A stretch of 58,994 bases of DNA from Candidatus Eiseniibacteriota bacterium. Lineage in GTDB: Bacteria > Arandabacterota > Arandabacteria > Arandabacterales > Arandabacteraceae. Position numbers and translations under genes: made by a program. The stretch spans positions 1-58,994 of the forward strand of contig JBDRNT010000035.1 of NCBI GenBank assembly GCA_043810925.1. The letters are read 5' to 3'. Positions 1-8,120 of the stretch are shown piece after piece (positions within the stretch are counted from its first letter, which is position 1; each line of letters opens with the position of its first letter). The notes under the pieces are model-generated. The model saw nothing but the letters and a program-made list of their open reading frames with translations. It was not told the origin of the DNA and searched no databases.

Positions 1-62
1 ACCCATTTGAATTCACTTGACCTGCGGCCGGGAATGCCTTATTTGTTCGGCCGGAAACTACA

Positions 63-1745
63 ATGATACCGATAAGCATCTACACACTCATCGCAGGCTC
101 CCTCCTGCTGGTGCTCCTCATCCTGTCCGGGAGGAGAATACCCTGGATCTGGCTTGTTCTGTGGGGGATCTCACCGCTTCTTATAGTCTACCTGCTCAAC
201 CCGGGTTTCAGGGTTTATTCGTTCCACAGTTTCATGCACGGGGGAATCGTCTATCAGATCTTAAACGGAGACATCCCTCCCCTCGATCCCCTTGTGGCGG
301 GACATCCGGTCCATTACCCGTGGGGACCGCATCTTATCGCGGCCGGGATAAGCGGCATCTTCAGGGTAACACCCTTCTATTCATTGGCATTCCTGAACGC
401 GGCATCGCTCGTCCTGGTGCTTGTCCTCATCTACAAGATATCGCGTTTGCTCGTAGACGACGACCGGGCGGCCATACTTGCCGTCATCTGCTCAGTCTAT
501 GGGGTCACGGTGTTTATACCCGAGATGCTGGAGCTCTTGCCCGATGGCTTCCCGGCTGAGATCAGGGGCATACCCATACTGCACAAGTTCATTACTCTTA
601 ACACGCTCCCGATCGGGTTGGTCTGTTTTCTCCTGGCCCTTTACTCTGCAATCAGGCTCTTAAGAGGAAGCCACCTTGTGGGGACAGGTATGCTTCTGCT
701 CGCATCCATCCTCGGTACCGGTTTCTTTTATCCGGCGTTTATGCCGGGTATCATCGCCACCGTCGCCACGGGGCTTGTTGTTGCCCTGGTACTCCATATT
801 GGGGACCGGGGCAGGGTCAACTGGCTGCGGGCGGGTCTGGTGCTTGCCGCAACGTGTATCGGGCTTGCAGTGCTCAGGCCCTATCTAACATCGGTCGGTG
901 CAGGGACGCTTTCAAGCCTGGCAATCTTAAACTGGACCTACGTGGGCAAGAATTCCATCAAGTACCTGCTGGTCGCTGTGCCCATGCTGGTGATCGTTCT
1001 TGCTAACCTGGGGACGATCCGGGACCGGTTCCAACGACCTGCCCTCTTCGTCGTGGCCGCTGCGACCCTGGCGACCATGGGCTCATACGTGCTCACACAT
1101 CTGCCCTTTGACAATGAATACAAGTTCCTGCTGCTCTCGACCGTAACGCTGGGCATACTGGGTGGGGCGGTTCTCGGCTCCCTGCGTGGGAGTTACGGCA
1201 AGTGCATGGCATTTGTTCTCATAGGACTGCTGCTTATACCCTCGTTCAGGATAGTCCGCCTGAGGGTGAGTCGCGGACACGACGTCGCGAGCACGTATGT
1301 CGAGCGCGGTGTGAATATTCACACCACCAACGAGGAAGAGAATGAACTCTACACCTGGATCAGAGAGAACACAGCGACGAACAGTGTGTTCATCGACCGC
1401 GAACTCGAAATCCCGGTGCTTGCGCGGCGGCAGCTCCTGGTCGGTGTTGGTGGATCGCGCAGACCCGGCCAGAAGGGATTCGGCGGTATAAACATAATAC
1501 TCCAGTTCCAGAGCGGGTACGATACGGAGATGCTTAACACGCGACGCAGGATAGTCGACCGAATCTATTCCGAATCGGACAGGCTCACCGAAACCGAGTG
1601 GGATGAACTCCGGAGCCTCACGAGCGATATCTATGTAGTAGCAAGAACCCCGGAGCAGTCCGGGATACAGTCACAGGCGGGATTCAAGCGTGTCTTCGCC
1701 TCATCAGATGATTCGGTGACAGTCTACAAATTAGAGATTCGGTGA
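63..1745 (+). CDS. Polytopic membrane protein, GT-C-like (putative glycosyltransferase)
   Basis: 560-aa ORF with many hydrophobic segments, an N-terminal loop (PPLDP...YPWGPH) and a soluble C-terminal domain (ELYTWIRENT...VF) typical of GT-C-like proteins. Function is inferred. Confidence 0.6.
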   Translation: MIPISIYTLIAGSLLLVLLILSGRRIPWIWLVLWGISPLLIVYLLNPGFRVYSFHSFMHGGIVYQILNGDIPPLDPLVAGHPVHYPWGPHLIAAGISGIFRVTPFYSLAFLNAASLVLVLVLIYKISRLLVDDDRAAILAVICSVYGVTVFIPEMLELLPDGFPAEIRGIPILHKFITLNTLPIGLVCFLLALYSAIRLLRGSHLVGTGMLLLASILGTGFFYPAFMPGIIATVATGLVVALVLHIGDRGRVNWLRAGLVLAATCIGLAVLRPYLTSVGAGTLSSLAILNWTYVGKNSIKYLLVAVPMLVIVLANLGTIRDRFQRPALFVVAAATLATMGSYVLTHLPFDNEYKFLLLSTVTLGILGGAVLGSLRGSYGKCMAFVLIGLLLIPSFRIVRLRVSRGHDVASTYVERGVNIHTTNEEENELYTWIRENTATNSVFIDRELEIPVLARRQLLVGVGGSRRPGQKGFGGINIILQFQSGYDTEMLNTRRRIVDRIYSESDRLTETEWDELRSLTSDIYVVARTPEQSGIQSQAGFKRVFASSDDSVTVYKLEIR

Positions 1746-1786
1746 CAGTTATCTAATTGGCGCTGTAATTAGTGGACTGTCAAGAC
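1710..1786. repeat. Cluster of short REP-like repeats (consensus ATTCGGTGACAGT-N5-AATT)
   Basis: Direct copies at 1711-1732 and 1737-1758 plus a degenerate inverted copy at 1767-1786. TGACAGT (1743-1749) pairs with ACTGTCA (1776-1782), giving a hairpin between convergent genes. Confidence 0.7.
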
Positions 1787-1799
1787 GTCTTCTTCCCGG

Positions 1800-2915
1800 T
1801 TAGATGAAGCGGAGCCAGCTCTCCCTGTGGCGTGCCTTGTACGACCTGTACCGGAGGCATACCGGATAGAGAACTGCCAACACTATGAGGGCTGCAATCC
1901 CGGTCGTAGCCAATCCCCCCTGCCTGTGCATCCCCAGGGCTCTCGCGCTCACCTCAAAGAGCAGGATGTGCATGATGTAAAAGAAGAAAGGTGTCTGGCC
2001 GAATACGATGATGGGATTTTTCGTACTTACGCCGCCGTCTGCCTTCTGGATTCTGAACAGTGCAGCAAGGACGAGGGCCATCAGTCCGATCTCCATGGCG
2101 ACAAACGAAATGCTCGGGGGATACTTGCTGGTGTGAAGCCACTGAACCCAGGAGTTATCGAGTCTAAGGAGCTCCATGTTGCCGAAGCCGTTAACTCCAC
2201 GGACGACGAAAAAGACTGCTATCGAGACTGTTCCGGCAACGAGCATCGCCCGGCCACCGGAGCGTCGCGTGTCTCCACGTGTCTTGATGAGATACTGTCC
2301 GAAACCCCACCCCAGCGCCATCATCGCCCACCAGGGTAGAACCGGATACATGACCACAACCTTCCCGACCACGCCGCCCCCGACCAGGAAGCTCATAATG
2401 TAAGCGGATTTTCCACCTGTGATCTCAAGACCGGACGGCAAGAAGAACTCACTTCCGGCAAGCACCACTATCGCGGCTGCCATGAGCCACACGGGCTCGA
2501 GCCGGCGAAGCGGGATCATAAGCAGCATCGCACAGCCGATTGCAAACATCACCTGGAGAAGCAGCAGGCCGGGGACCCAGAACCAGTTTATGAAGAGAAA
2601 ATCGATAGCCACTATGATCAGGCCGCGGACAAAGAGATCGCGATCGATCTTCCATGAGGCGACTCCCGTCTCCACCCGGCGCGAGATGCTCAGCGCCAGT
2701 CCCGCACCCGCCAGGAATAGAAAGGTAGGCGCGCAGATGTGGCTTACCCACCGGTAAATGAACTGCAATGCCGGAAGATCCATACCGGGCTGATAGAAGA
2801 ACGGGGAATCAGTTACAAGGCGGCCGGAGTTATACGCCGCGGAGGCATGGTCCGCAGCCATCAGGACCACCACGATTCCACGCATCCAGTCGAGAGCGGG
2901 TAAGCGATACTTCAC
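1800..2915 (-). CDS. DUF1624 / heparan-alpha-glucosaminide N-acetyltransferase-like membrane protein
   Basis: N-terminal LDWMRG..VVLMAADH, RWVSHICAPTFLFLAG and KYPPS motifs; multiple TM segments; GTG start. Confidence 0.8.
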   Translation of the reverse strand: MKYRLPALDWMRGIVVVLMAADHASAAYNSGRLVTDSPFFYQPGMDLPALQFIYRWVSHICAPTFLFLAGAGLALSISRRVETGVASWKIDRDLFVRGLIIVAIDFLFINWFWVPGLLLLQVMFAIGCAMLLMIPLRRLEPVWLMAAAIVVLAGSEFFLPSGLEITGGKSAYIMSFLVGGGVVGKVVVMYPVLPWWAMMALGWGFGQYLIKTRGDTRRSGGRAMLVAGTVSIAVFFVVRGVNGFGNMELLRLDNSWVQWLHTSKYPPSISFVAMEIGLMALVLAALFRIQKADGGVSTKNPIIVFGQTPFFFYIMHILLFEVSARALGMHRQGGLATTGIAALIVLAVLYPVCLRYRSYKARHRESWLRFI

Positions 2916-2933
2916 TGAATAGACCGGCCTTCG

Positions 2934-4562
2934 CTACTCGCCAACGGGTCTCCTCTCGGTCACATCTCTGGCCCCGATGGGAATCGTTATTTTAAAGGTC
3001 GTACCCTGACCCACTATAGACTCAAGTTCCACCCTGCCGCCGTGCTCCTCCACTATCTTTTTCATGACCGGAAGCCCCAGACCTGTCCCCTTCGATCCCT
3101 TGGTACTCACGAAGGGTTCAAAGATGGTGTCGATCATGTCCTCGGGAATGCCCTTGCCCGTATCGGCAATGGATATCAAGACCTCTCCCGGCGGAACACG
3201 CACCGCGGATAACTCAACCTTTCCACCCTGGGGTGTGGCCTCCACAGCGTTGCCGACGATATTTAGGAGCGCACGTTTCATCCGCGTCGGATCAAGCCGC
3301 ACGGGTCCGATCTCCGGATCGATGCCAAGCACGAGGGCTATCTCCCCCTCTGCGGCTCGTCCCTCAACAAACGCCATGATCTCGTCGAAGATTTCCTTGA
3401 GCGCCATCTCCTGGTACTCGGGCGGCCTGGCCTTGGAGTAGTCAAGCATGTCAAGCACCAGACCCTTCAGGAAGGAACTGTTGCGCTCGAGCATCTCCCA
3501 ACCCTTGCTCACCTTCTCATCGCTCTTTGCCTCAAGACCTCTTCGGGCGATAAAGAGACCGCCGTCTATGCCGTTGAGCACGTTCTTAACACAGTGGGCC
3601 ACCCCTGATACCGTCTGCCCTATGGCGGCGAGCCGCTTTGACCGCTCGACCTCGTCATAGAGCTTCCCATTGTCAAGAGCTATACTGACCTGAGAGGCGA
3701 GGCCCGTGAGCAGTCTCAGGTCATCCTCAGCGAAGGTGATCCCACCGGCACTCGAATCGACCTCTACCATACCCAGCACCTTGTCCGAGACCATCAGCGG
3801 GACACACATGATCGACTTTATCCTGAGATCCTGGAGACTCGCCGAGTCCTTGAAGCGGGCATCCGATGATGTATCGCCGCAGATCACAGCGTTCTTGTCG
3901 TTGAGCACGGTACCGATCACGGTCGTACTGACCCTGGTCTCGCTCTGCCCGGTTCCCTTGTCCTTGGCGGCCACGGGAACAAGCTTCCGGGTCTGGCTGT
4001 CTTCAAGGAGTATCACGGCCCGGTCGGCTTTGGCGAATACGTCAAAGATGACATCGAGGAAGGAATCTGATATCTCCGAGATCGCAAGCCGACCGGCAAG
4101 CTTCTGCCCCAGATCGTAGAGCGCGGAGAGCCTTTTCATCATGGCCTCCGGGGCTACGGCACCCTCCTTGACGTCTTCACCGGTGCTGATCTTGCGCGCA
4201 TCAAGGCTGCTGATTATCGCAGTTGCTGCAGGAGCCTCCCGGCGCTCGAGATGATCCGTCTTTCCCGATGGAATGGGTACACCCTCAAACTCGAGCCTGA
4301 AACTCCCGATCGAGGCGGTCTCGCCCGGGGATAACTTGTGCTTGCCCACGCGTCTTCCCGATACATAGGTCCCGTTGCGCGATTCCAGGTCCTCAAGATA
4401 GACGCCTTCTTCCGTAACCGACACCCTGGCGTGTCTCCGTGAGACGGTCCTGTCGTCCAATGCGAGATCGCAAGACCCCTCCCGTCCGACCGTGAATTCC
4501 GGTGCGGTGATGTTTATCTCCTTTACCTTGTTCCCCTCATGATAAAGAGTCAATTTGAGCAA
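2934..4562 (-). CDS. Soluble FHA-GAF-histidine kinase
   Basis: FHA motifs (VGR, VSRRHA, SRNGT), GAF domain (SIMCVPL...EDDLRLL), H-box (VAHCVKN) and N/G1/F/G2 boxes (NAVEA, DTGKG, FEPF, GTGLGL). TTG start with SD GGGAGGTGA. Confidence 0.9.
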   Translation of the reverse strand: MLKLTLYHEGNKVKEINITAPEFTVGREGSCDLALDDRTVSRRHARVSVTEEGVYLEDLESRNGTYVSGRRVGKHKLSPGETASIGSFRLEFEGVPIPSGKTDHLERREAPAATAIISSLDARKISTGEDVKEGAVAPEAMMKRLSALYDLGQKLAGRLAISEISDSFLDVIFDVFAKADRAVILLEDSQTRKLVPVAAKDKGTGQSETRVSTTVIGTVLNDKNAVICGDTSSDARFKDSASLQDLRIKSIMCVPLMVSDKVLGMVEVDSSAGGITFAEDDLRLLTGLASQVSIALDNGKLYDEVERSKRLAAIGQTVSGVAHCVKNVLNGIDGGLFIARRGLEAKSDEKVSKGWEMLERNSSFLKGLVLDMLDYSKARPPEYQEMALKEIFDEIMAFVEGRAAEGEIALVLGIDPEIGPVRLDPTRMKRALLNIVGNAVEATPQGGKVELSAVRVPPGEVLISIADTGKGIPEDMIDTIFEPFVSTKGSKGTGLGLPVMKKIVEEHGGRVELESIVGQGTTFKITIPIGARDVTERRPVGE

Positions 4563-4744
4563 GTCAGATCACCTCCCCGACTGTGGATTTCCGTCAAGTC
4601 CGGTGCGTAGGAAATTGTACACCGCTCCGGCGTCGCGTGCAAACACTTTGCAGCCGGTGTGCCGTTACACACCCCTGATAGGGCTTGACTGGGGGGTCGC
4701 ATTGTGTTAAAAATTGTCTGGTTGCCATGAGGAGTGGAAAACCC

Positions 4745-5209
4745 ATGTACACAGTTGAGCGTAAGTCAAGCCAGGATCTCGATAGAATAGCCATAGAGGA
4801 TGATGCGAGGCTCTGCTTCGCATGCAGCATATGTGTGGGCGACTGTCCGGCGGCGAAATTCTCCGAAGACTTCAATCCCCGGCAGATCTTCCTCAAGGTC
4901 AGTCTCGGGATCGAGGAAGGACTCGTGGGCAGCGACTCACCCATATGGAAGTGTACGACCTGCTATACATGCTACGAGAGATGCCCCGCCGGCACCAAGC
5001 CTCTCGATGTCATTCTGGCCTTAAGAAACCTGAGCCTGAAGCGGGGCGACTGTCCTGCCAGTGTCGAATCGGTGAGGAAGAGCGTGCTCAAGCAGGGCAT
5101 GGCCACTGTGCTCACCGATCATGTGAAAAAGCTGAGAAGTGAGATGAACCTCCCGGATGTTGACGATGGTGACAAACCCGAACTGGAGAAACTGACCGGT
5201 GAAGACTGA
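4745..5209 (+). CDS. hdrC: Heterodisulfide reductase subunit C-like 2x[4Fe-4S] protein
   Basis: CxxCxxCxxxCP twice (CFACSICVGDCP; CTTCYTCYERCP), FNPRQ motif. ATG 4745 follows GAGGAG; overlaps the next gene. Confidence 0.85.
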   Translation: MYTVERKSSQDLDRIAIEDDARLCFACSICVGDCPAAKFSEDFNPRQIFLKVSLGIEEGLVGSDSPIWKCTTCYTCYERCPAGTKPLDVILALRNLSLKRGDCPASVESVRKSVLKQGMATVLTDHVKKLRSEMNLPDVDDGDKPELEKLTGED

Positions 5210-6068
5210 ATCCGTGAGTTCGAAGTACACGTTTTTCCCCGGCTGCCTTGCCAGGCTCAAACTGCCTCAGGTGGAGAGCTCCGTGAGGATTGTCCTGGGT
5301 GACCTGGGTATCGATCTCGTCGAAGAGAAGCGCTTCACGTGCTGTCCCGATCCCGTGGTTTTCAGGTCTGCATCGCGCAGGGACTGGCTCAGCCTGGCGG
5401 CGCGCAACCTCGCACTTGACGGTGGGGCGCCCATAGTCACACTGTGCCCGGGATGCGCATCTTCGCTCTCCGAGGCCCGTCACATCCTCGAGCATGATGA
5501 AGCAGCCGCGGCTGAGATCAGTACCAGACTTAAGAAGCTCAGCATGAACCTTGCGATTCCGCCGGTGTCGCACTTCCTCAAGATCCTGTCCCAGGACAGT
5601 TTCAAGAAGATCATATCGGAGAAAATCACAAAGACGTTTGAAGGTCTTAAGGTCGCCTGTCATTACGGGTGCCACCTTGTCCGGCCTTCAGACGCGGTAG
5701 AGTTTGACGATCCCGAGAAGCCGACCACCATGGACGATCTGGTCGCGTTGCTTGGTGCCGAGCCCCTCGACTATGAGGACAAGTACCTGTGCTGCGGAAG
5801 ACCTTCCCTGGATGAGGCGACCTCGATGTCGATCGCCCAGCATAAACTCGAATGCATGCAGGCGGCAGGAGCCCAGGCTATTGTGCTTGCGTGTCCCTTC
5901 TGCTTCGAACAGTTCGATCTCGGCCAGTTGATCATCGGCAGGAAGTCGGGTAAGAAGTTCGATATCCCCGTGCTCTATGCAAGTCAGCTGCTTGGTCTTG
6001 CGATGGGCAGGGAACCGGCTGAGATGGGGCTTAATCTCCACAAGATCAAGTTCAAAGGAGTATCTTAA
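5199..6068 (+). CDS. hdrB: Heterodisulfide reductase subunit B-like CCG-domain protein
   Basis: FFPGC, TCCPDP, TLCPGC, HYGCH, CCGRP and CPFCFEQFDLGQ motifs of two cysteine-rich CCG domains. Confidence 0.88.
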   Translation: MKTESVSSKYTFFPGCLARLKLPQVESSVRIVLGDLGIDLVEEKRFTCCPDPVVFRSASRRDWLSLAARNLALDGGAPIVTLCPGCASSLSEARHILEHDEAAAAEISTRLKKLSMNLAIPPVSHFLKILSQDSFKKIISEKITKTFEGLKVACHYGCHLVRPSDAVEFDDPEKPTTMDDLVALLGAEPLDYEDKYLCCGRPSLDEATSMSIAQHKLECMQAAGAQAIVLACPFCFEQFDLGQLIIGRKSGKKFDIPVLYASQLLGLAMGREPAEMGLNLHKIKFKGVS

Positions 6069-6069
6069 T

Positions 6070-7458
6070 CTGAGCAGGGAACCTCTTGATATCATTATAA
6101 TTGGCGGAGGCCCCGGTGGCTATGTTGCAGGCTTAAGAGCCGCAGGCCTGGGTGCTTCAGTCGCCCTCGTCGAAGACGATCTCATCGGCGGCACCTGTCT
6201 TAACAGGGGCTGCATTCCAACCAAGGCCTTGCTCGAGAGCTCCAGACTGCTTCGGAAGATAAACGGTGCATCTGAGTTCGGCATCACGGCCCAGGGTGTA
6301 AGCCATGATGCCGCGGTAATTGCCTCCCGGTCCCAGTCGGTTGTGACCCTCATGCGTAAGGGAATCGAAGGTCTTCTCGCCAAGAAGAAGGTCGACGTGA
6401 TCCGCGGGAGAGGCAAGCTTAAGTCCCCGGGTGAGGTCGAGGTTACGACCTCCGATGGTAAGACGGAGGTACTGGCCGCCAGGTCCATCATCGTCGCGAC
6501 GGGTTCGAGCTGGGTCACGCTGCCGGGAGTTGATATCGACGGAGAACGGATCATAACAAGTGACCATGCGCTCGATCTTAAGGAAGTACCGGCAAGCATG
6601 CTCGTGGTCGGTGCAGGTGCAGTCGGGTGTGAGCTGGCGGAAGTCTACAGCGCCCTGGGGACAGAGATCACGATCGTGGAGATGATGCCCCAGATTCTCC
6701 CCGGCGAGGATACGGAACTTGCCAGACGGCTTGATGCAGCCCTTAAGCGTAAGGGCATCACGATACTCACCTCAAAGAAGGTGGCAAGCATCGAAAGGTC
6801 CGGCGACGGGCTTAAGGTTGCGATCGAGGGAAGCGACACGATAGAGGCGTCAAAGGTGCTAATCGGTGTAGGCCGCAGACCCAACACCGAGGGAATCGGT
6901 CTGGAAGAGATCGGGGTCACGCTCGAGCGGGGCGCCGTCGTTACCGATGCGGCAATGCGCACCAATGTACCCGGCATTTTTGCCATAGGAGATGTTAACG
7001 GCAAGTATCTGCTGGCCCACGTGGCAACGGCTGAGGGAATAGTCGCCGCCGAGAACGCCTGCGGCCAGGATTCAAAGATGGAATATGAGGTTGTCCCACG
7101 CTGTGTATATACGGACCCCGAGTTCGCTGCGGTCGGCCTGACCGAAGCCCAGGCCCAGGCTGCCGGAACCAGGACCTCCGTATACAGGGTACGCCTCGGC
7201 TCGATCGGTCGTGCGCTCACGATGGGTGAGACCTTCGGGCTCGCAAAAATCGTGTGCAGCGAAGATGACGGCAGGATACTCGGCTTTCACGCGCTCGCTC
7301 CGCATGCCTCGGAGCTTATCTCAGAGATCTCGGTGGCTATCAAACAGGGCCTCACGGCAAGCGATGTGGCGCATGTCATTCATCCTCATCCGACGCTGTC
7401 CGAGATAGTCTGGGAAGCGGCCGAGGGGGCGGCCGGCAGGCCCATCCACGGCGACTGA
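6070..7458 (+). CDS. lpdA: Dihydrolipoamide dehydrogenase
   Basis: GGGPGGY FAD site, GGTCLNRGCIP redox disulfide, GAGAVG NAD site, HPHPTLSE catalytic His-Glu. Start placed at CTG 6070 (SD AAAGGAG 6054-6060); the ORF track uses ATG 5977. Confidence 0.93.
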   Translation: MSREPLDIIIIGGGPGGYVAGLRAAGLGASVALVEDDLIGGTCLNRGCIPTKALLESSRLLRKINGASEFGITAQGVSHDAAVIASRSQSVVTLMRKGIEGLLAKKKVDVIRGRGKLKSPGEVEVTTSDGKTEVLAARSIIVATGSSWVTLPGVDIDGERIITSDHALDLKEVPASMLVVGAGAVGCELAEVYSALGTEITIVEMMPQILPGEDTELARRLDAALKRKGITILTSKKVASIERSGDGLKVAIEGSDTIEASKVLIGVGRRPNTEGIGLEEIGVTLERGAVVTDAAMRTNVPGIFAIGDVNGKYLLAHVATAEGIVAAENACGQDSKMEYEVVPRCVYTDPEFAAVGLTEAQAQAAGTRTSVYRVRLGSIGRALTMGETFGLAKIVCSEDDGRILGFHALAPHASELISEISVAIKQGLTASDVAHVIHPHPTLSEIVWEAAEGAAGRPIHGD

Positions 7459-7521
7459 ACCACTGCGCAGAACGCGCCCGCAGACTGCCATCTGCCTACC
7501 CTACCTCCCCCCACATTGTTG

Positions 7522-7550
7522 TTGACAACACGGCCGGGATGCCCCACAAT
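7522..7550 (+). promoter_or_regulatory. Putative sigma70 promoter of the response regulator
   Basis: TTGACA-17 nt-CACAAT. Confidence 0.55.
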
Positions 7551-7664
7551 CGGACTCTGGCCCGGGTGGCTATATGCTGTCTTCCTTCAGGAAGCTCGTA
7601 CGTTGCGTTCCCGTGGCAGATCAGAGATCGCTGATATATCGCTTAAGTGAAGGAGGTCTCAGAC

Positions 7665-8051
7665 ATGGTTAAGACGATTCTCGTAGTCGACGATGAGCCC
7701 GATGCAATTGCTTTCGTCAGGGAAGTGCTCGAAAGCGAGGGCTATCAGGTGAACTCCGCCCCCGACGGCCGCAAGGGCTTGAGCACCATGCGCGAAAAGA
7801 AGCCTGATCTCGTCATCCTCGACATCCAGATGCCTGAGATGGACGGATTCGAGGTATTCCAGGAAATGAAGAAGGACGAGGAATTGAAGGCAATCCCGGT
7901 GGTCATGCTCACGGGTATCAAGGACAAACTCGGGATCGGTTTCTCGGCCGGCGACATGAAGGACTACATGGGCGAGCAGCCAAATGATTACTGTGAAAAA
8001 CCTGTCGATCCGCCAAAACTGATTGAGGCGGTCGAGAAGATTCTCGCGTAG
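7665..8051 (+). CDS. Single-domain response regulator (CheY-like receiver)
   Basis: VVDDE, LDIQMPEMDG (phospho-Asp), VMLT and EKPV motifs; SD AAGGAGG before ATG 7665. Confidence 0.93.
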   Translation: MVKTILVVDDEPDAIAFVREVLESEGYQVNSAPDGRKGLSTMREKKPDLVILDIQMPEMDGFEVFQEMKKDEELKAIPVVMLTGIKDKLGIGFSAGDMKDYMGEQPNDYCEKPVDPPKLIEAVEKILA

Positions 8052-8083
8052 CAATACAGTCTGACTAGTATCCGGCTTTATTC

Positions 8084-8120
8084 AAGGATCACGGCCTCTC
8101 TGGTTGTGATCCTTTCCTTT
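8084..8120 (+). terminator. Intrinsic terminator between convergent genes
   Basis: AAGGATCACGGCC / GGTTGTGATCCTT stem followed by TCCTTT. Confidence 0.7.

Noticed and set aside
4745-6068. Evidence of methanogenesis or archaeal origin
   Set aside because: HdrBC-like proteins are common in bacteria, and the surrounding genes (rpsU, rpmI, glyS beta, sigma factors) are bacterial.
7551-7664. Riboswitch in the ~110-nt leader of the response regulator
   Set aside because: Only short stems (for example CTTCC/GGAAG) and no recognisable aptamer consensus.
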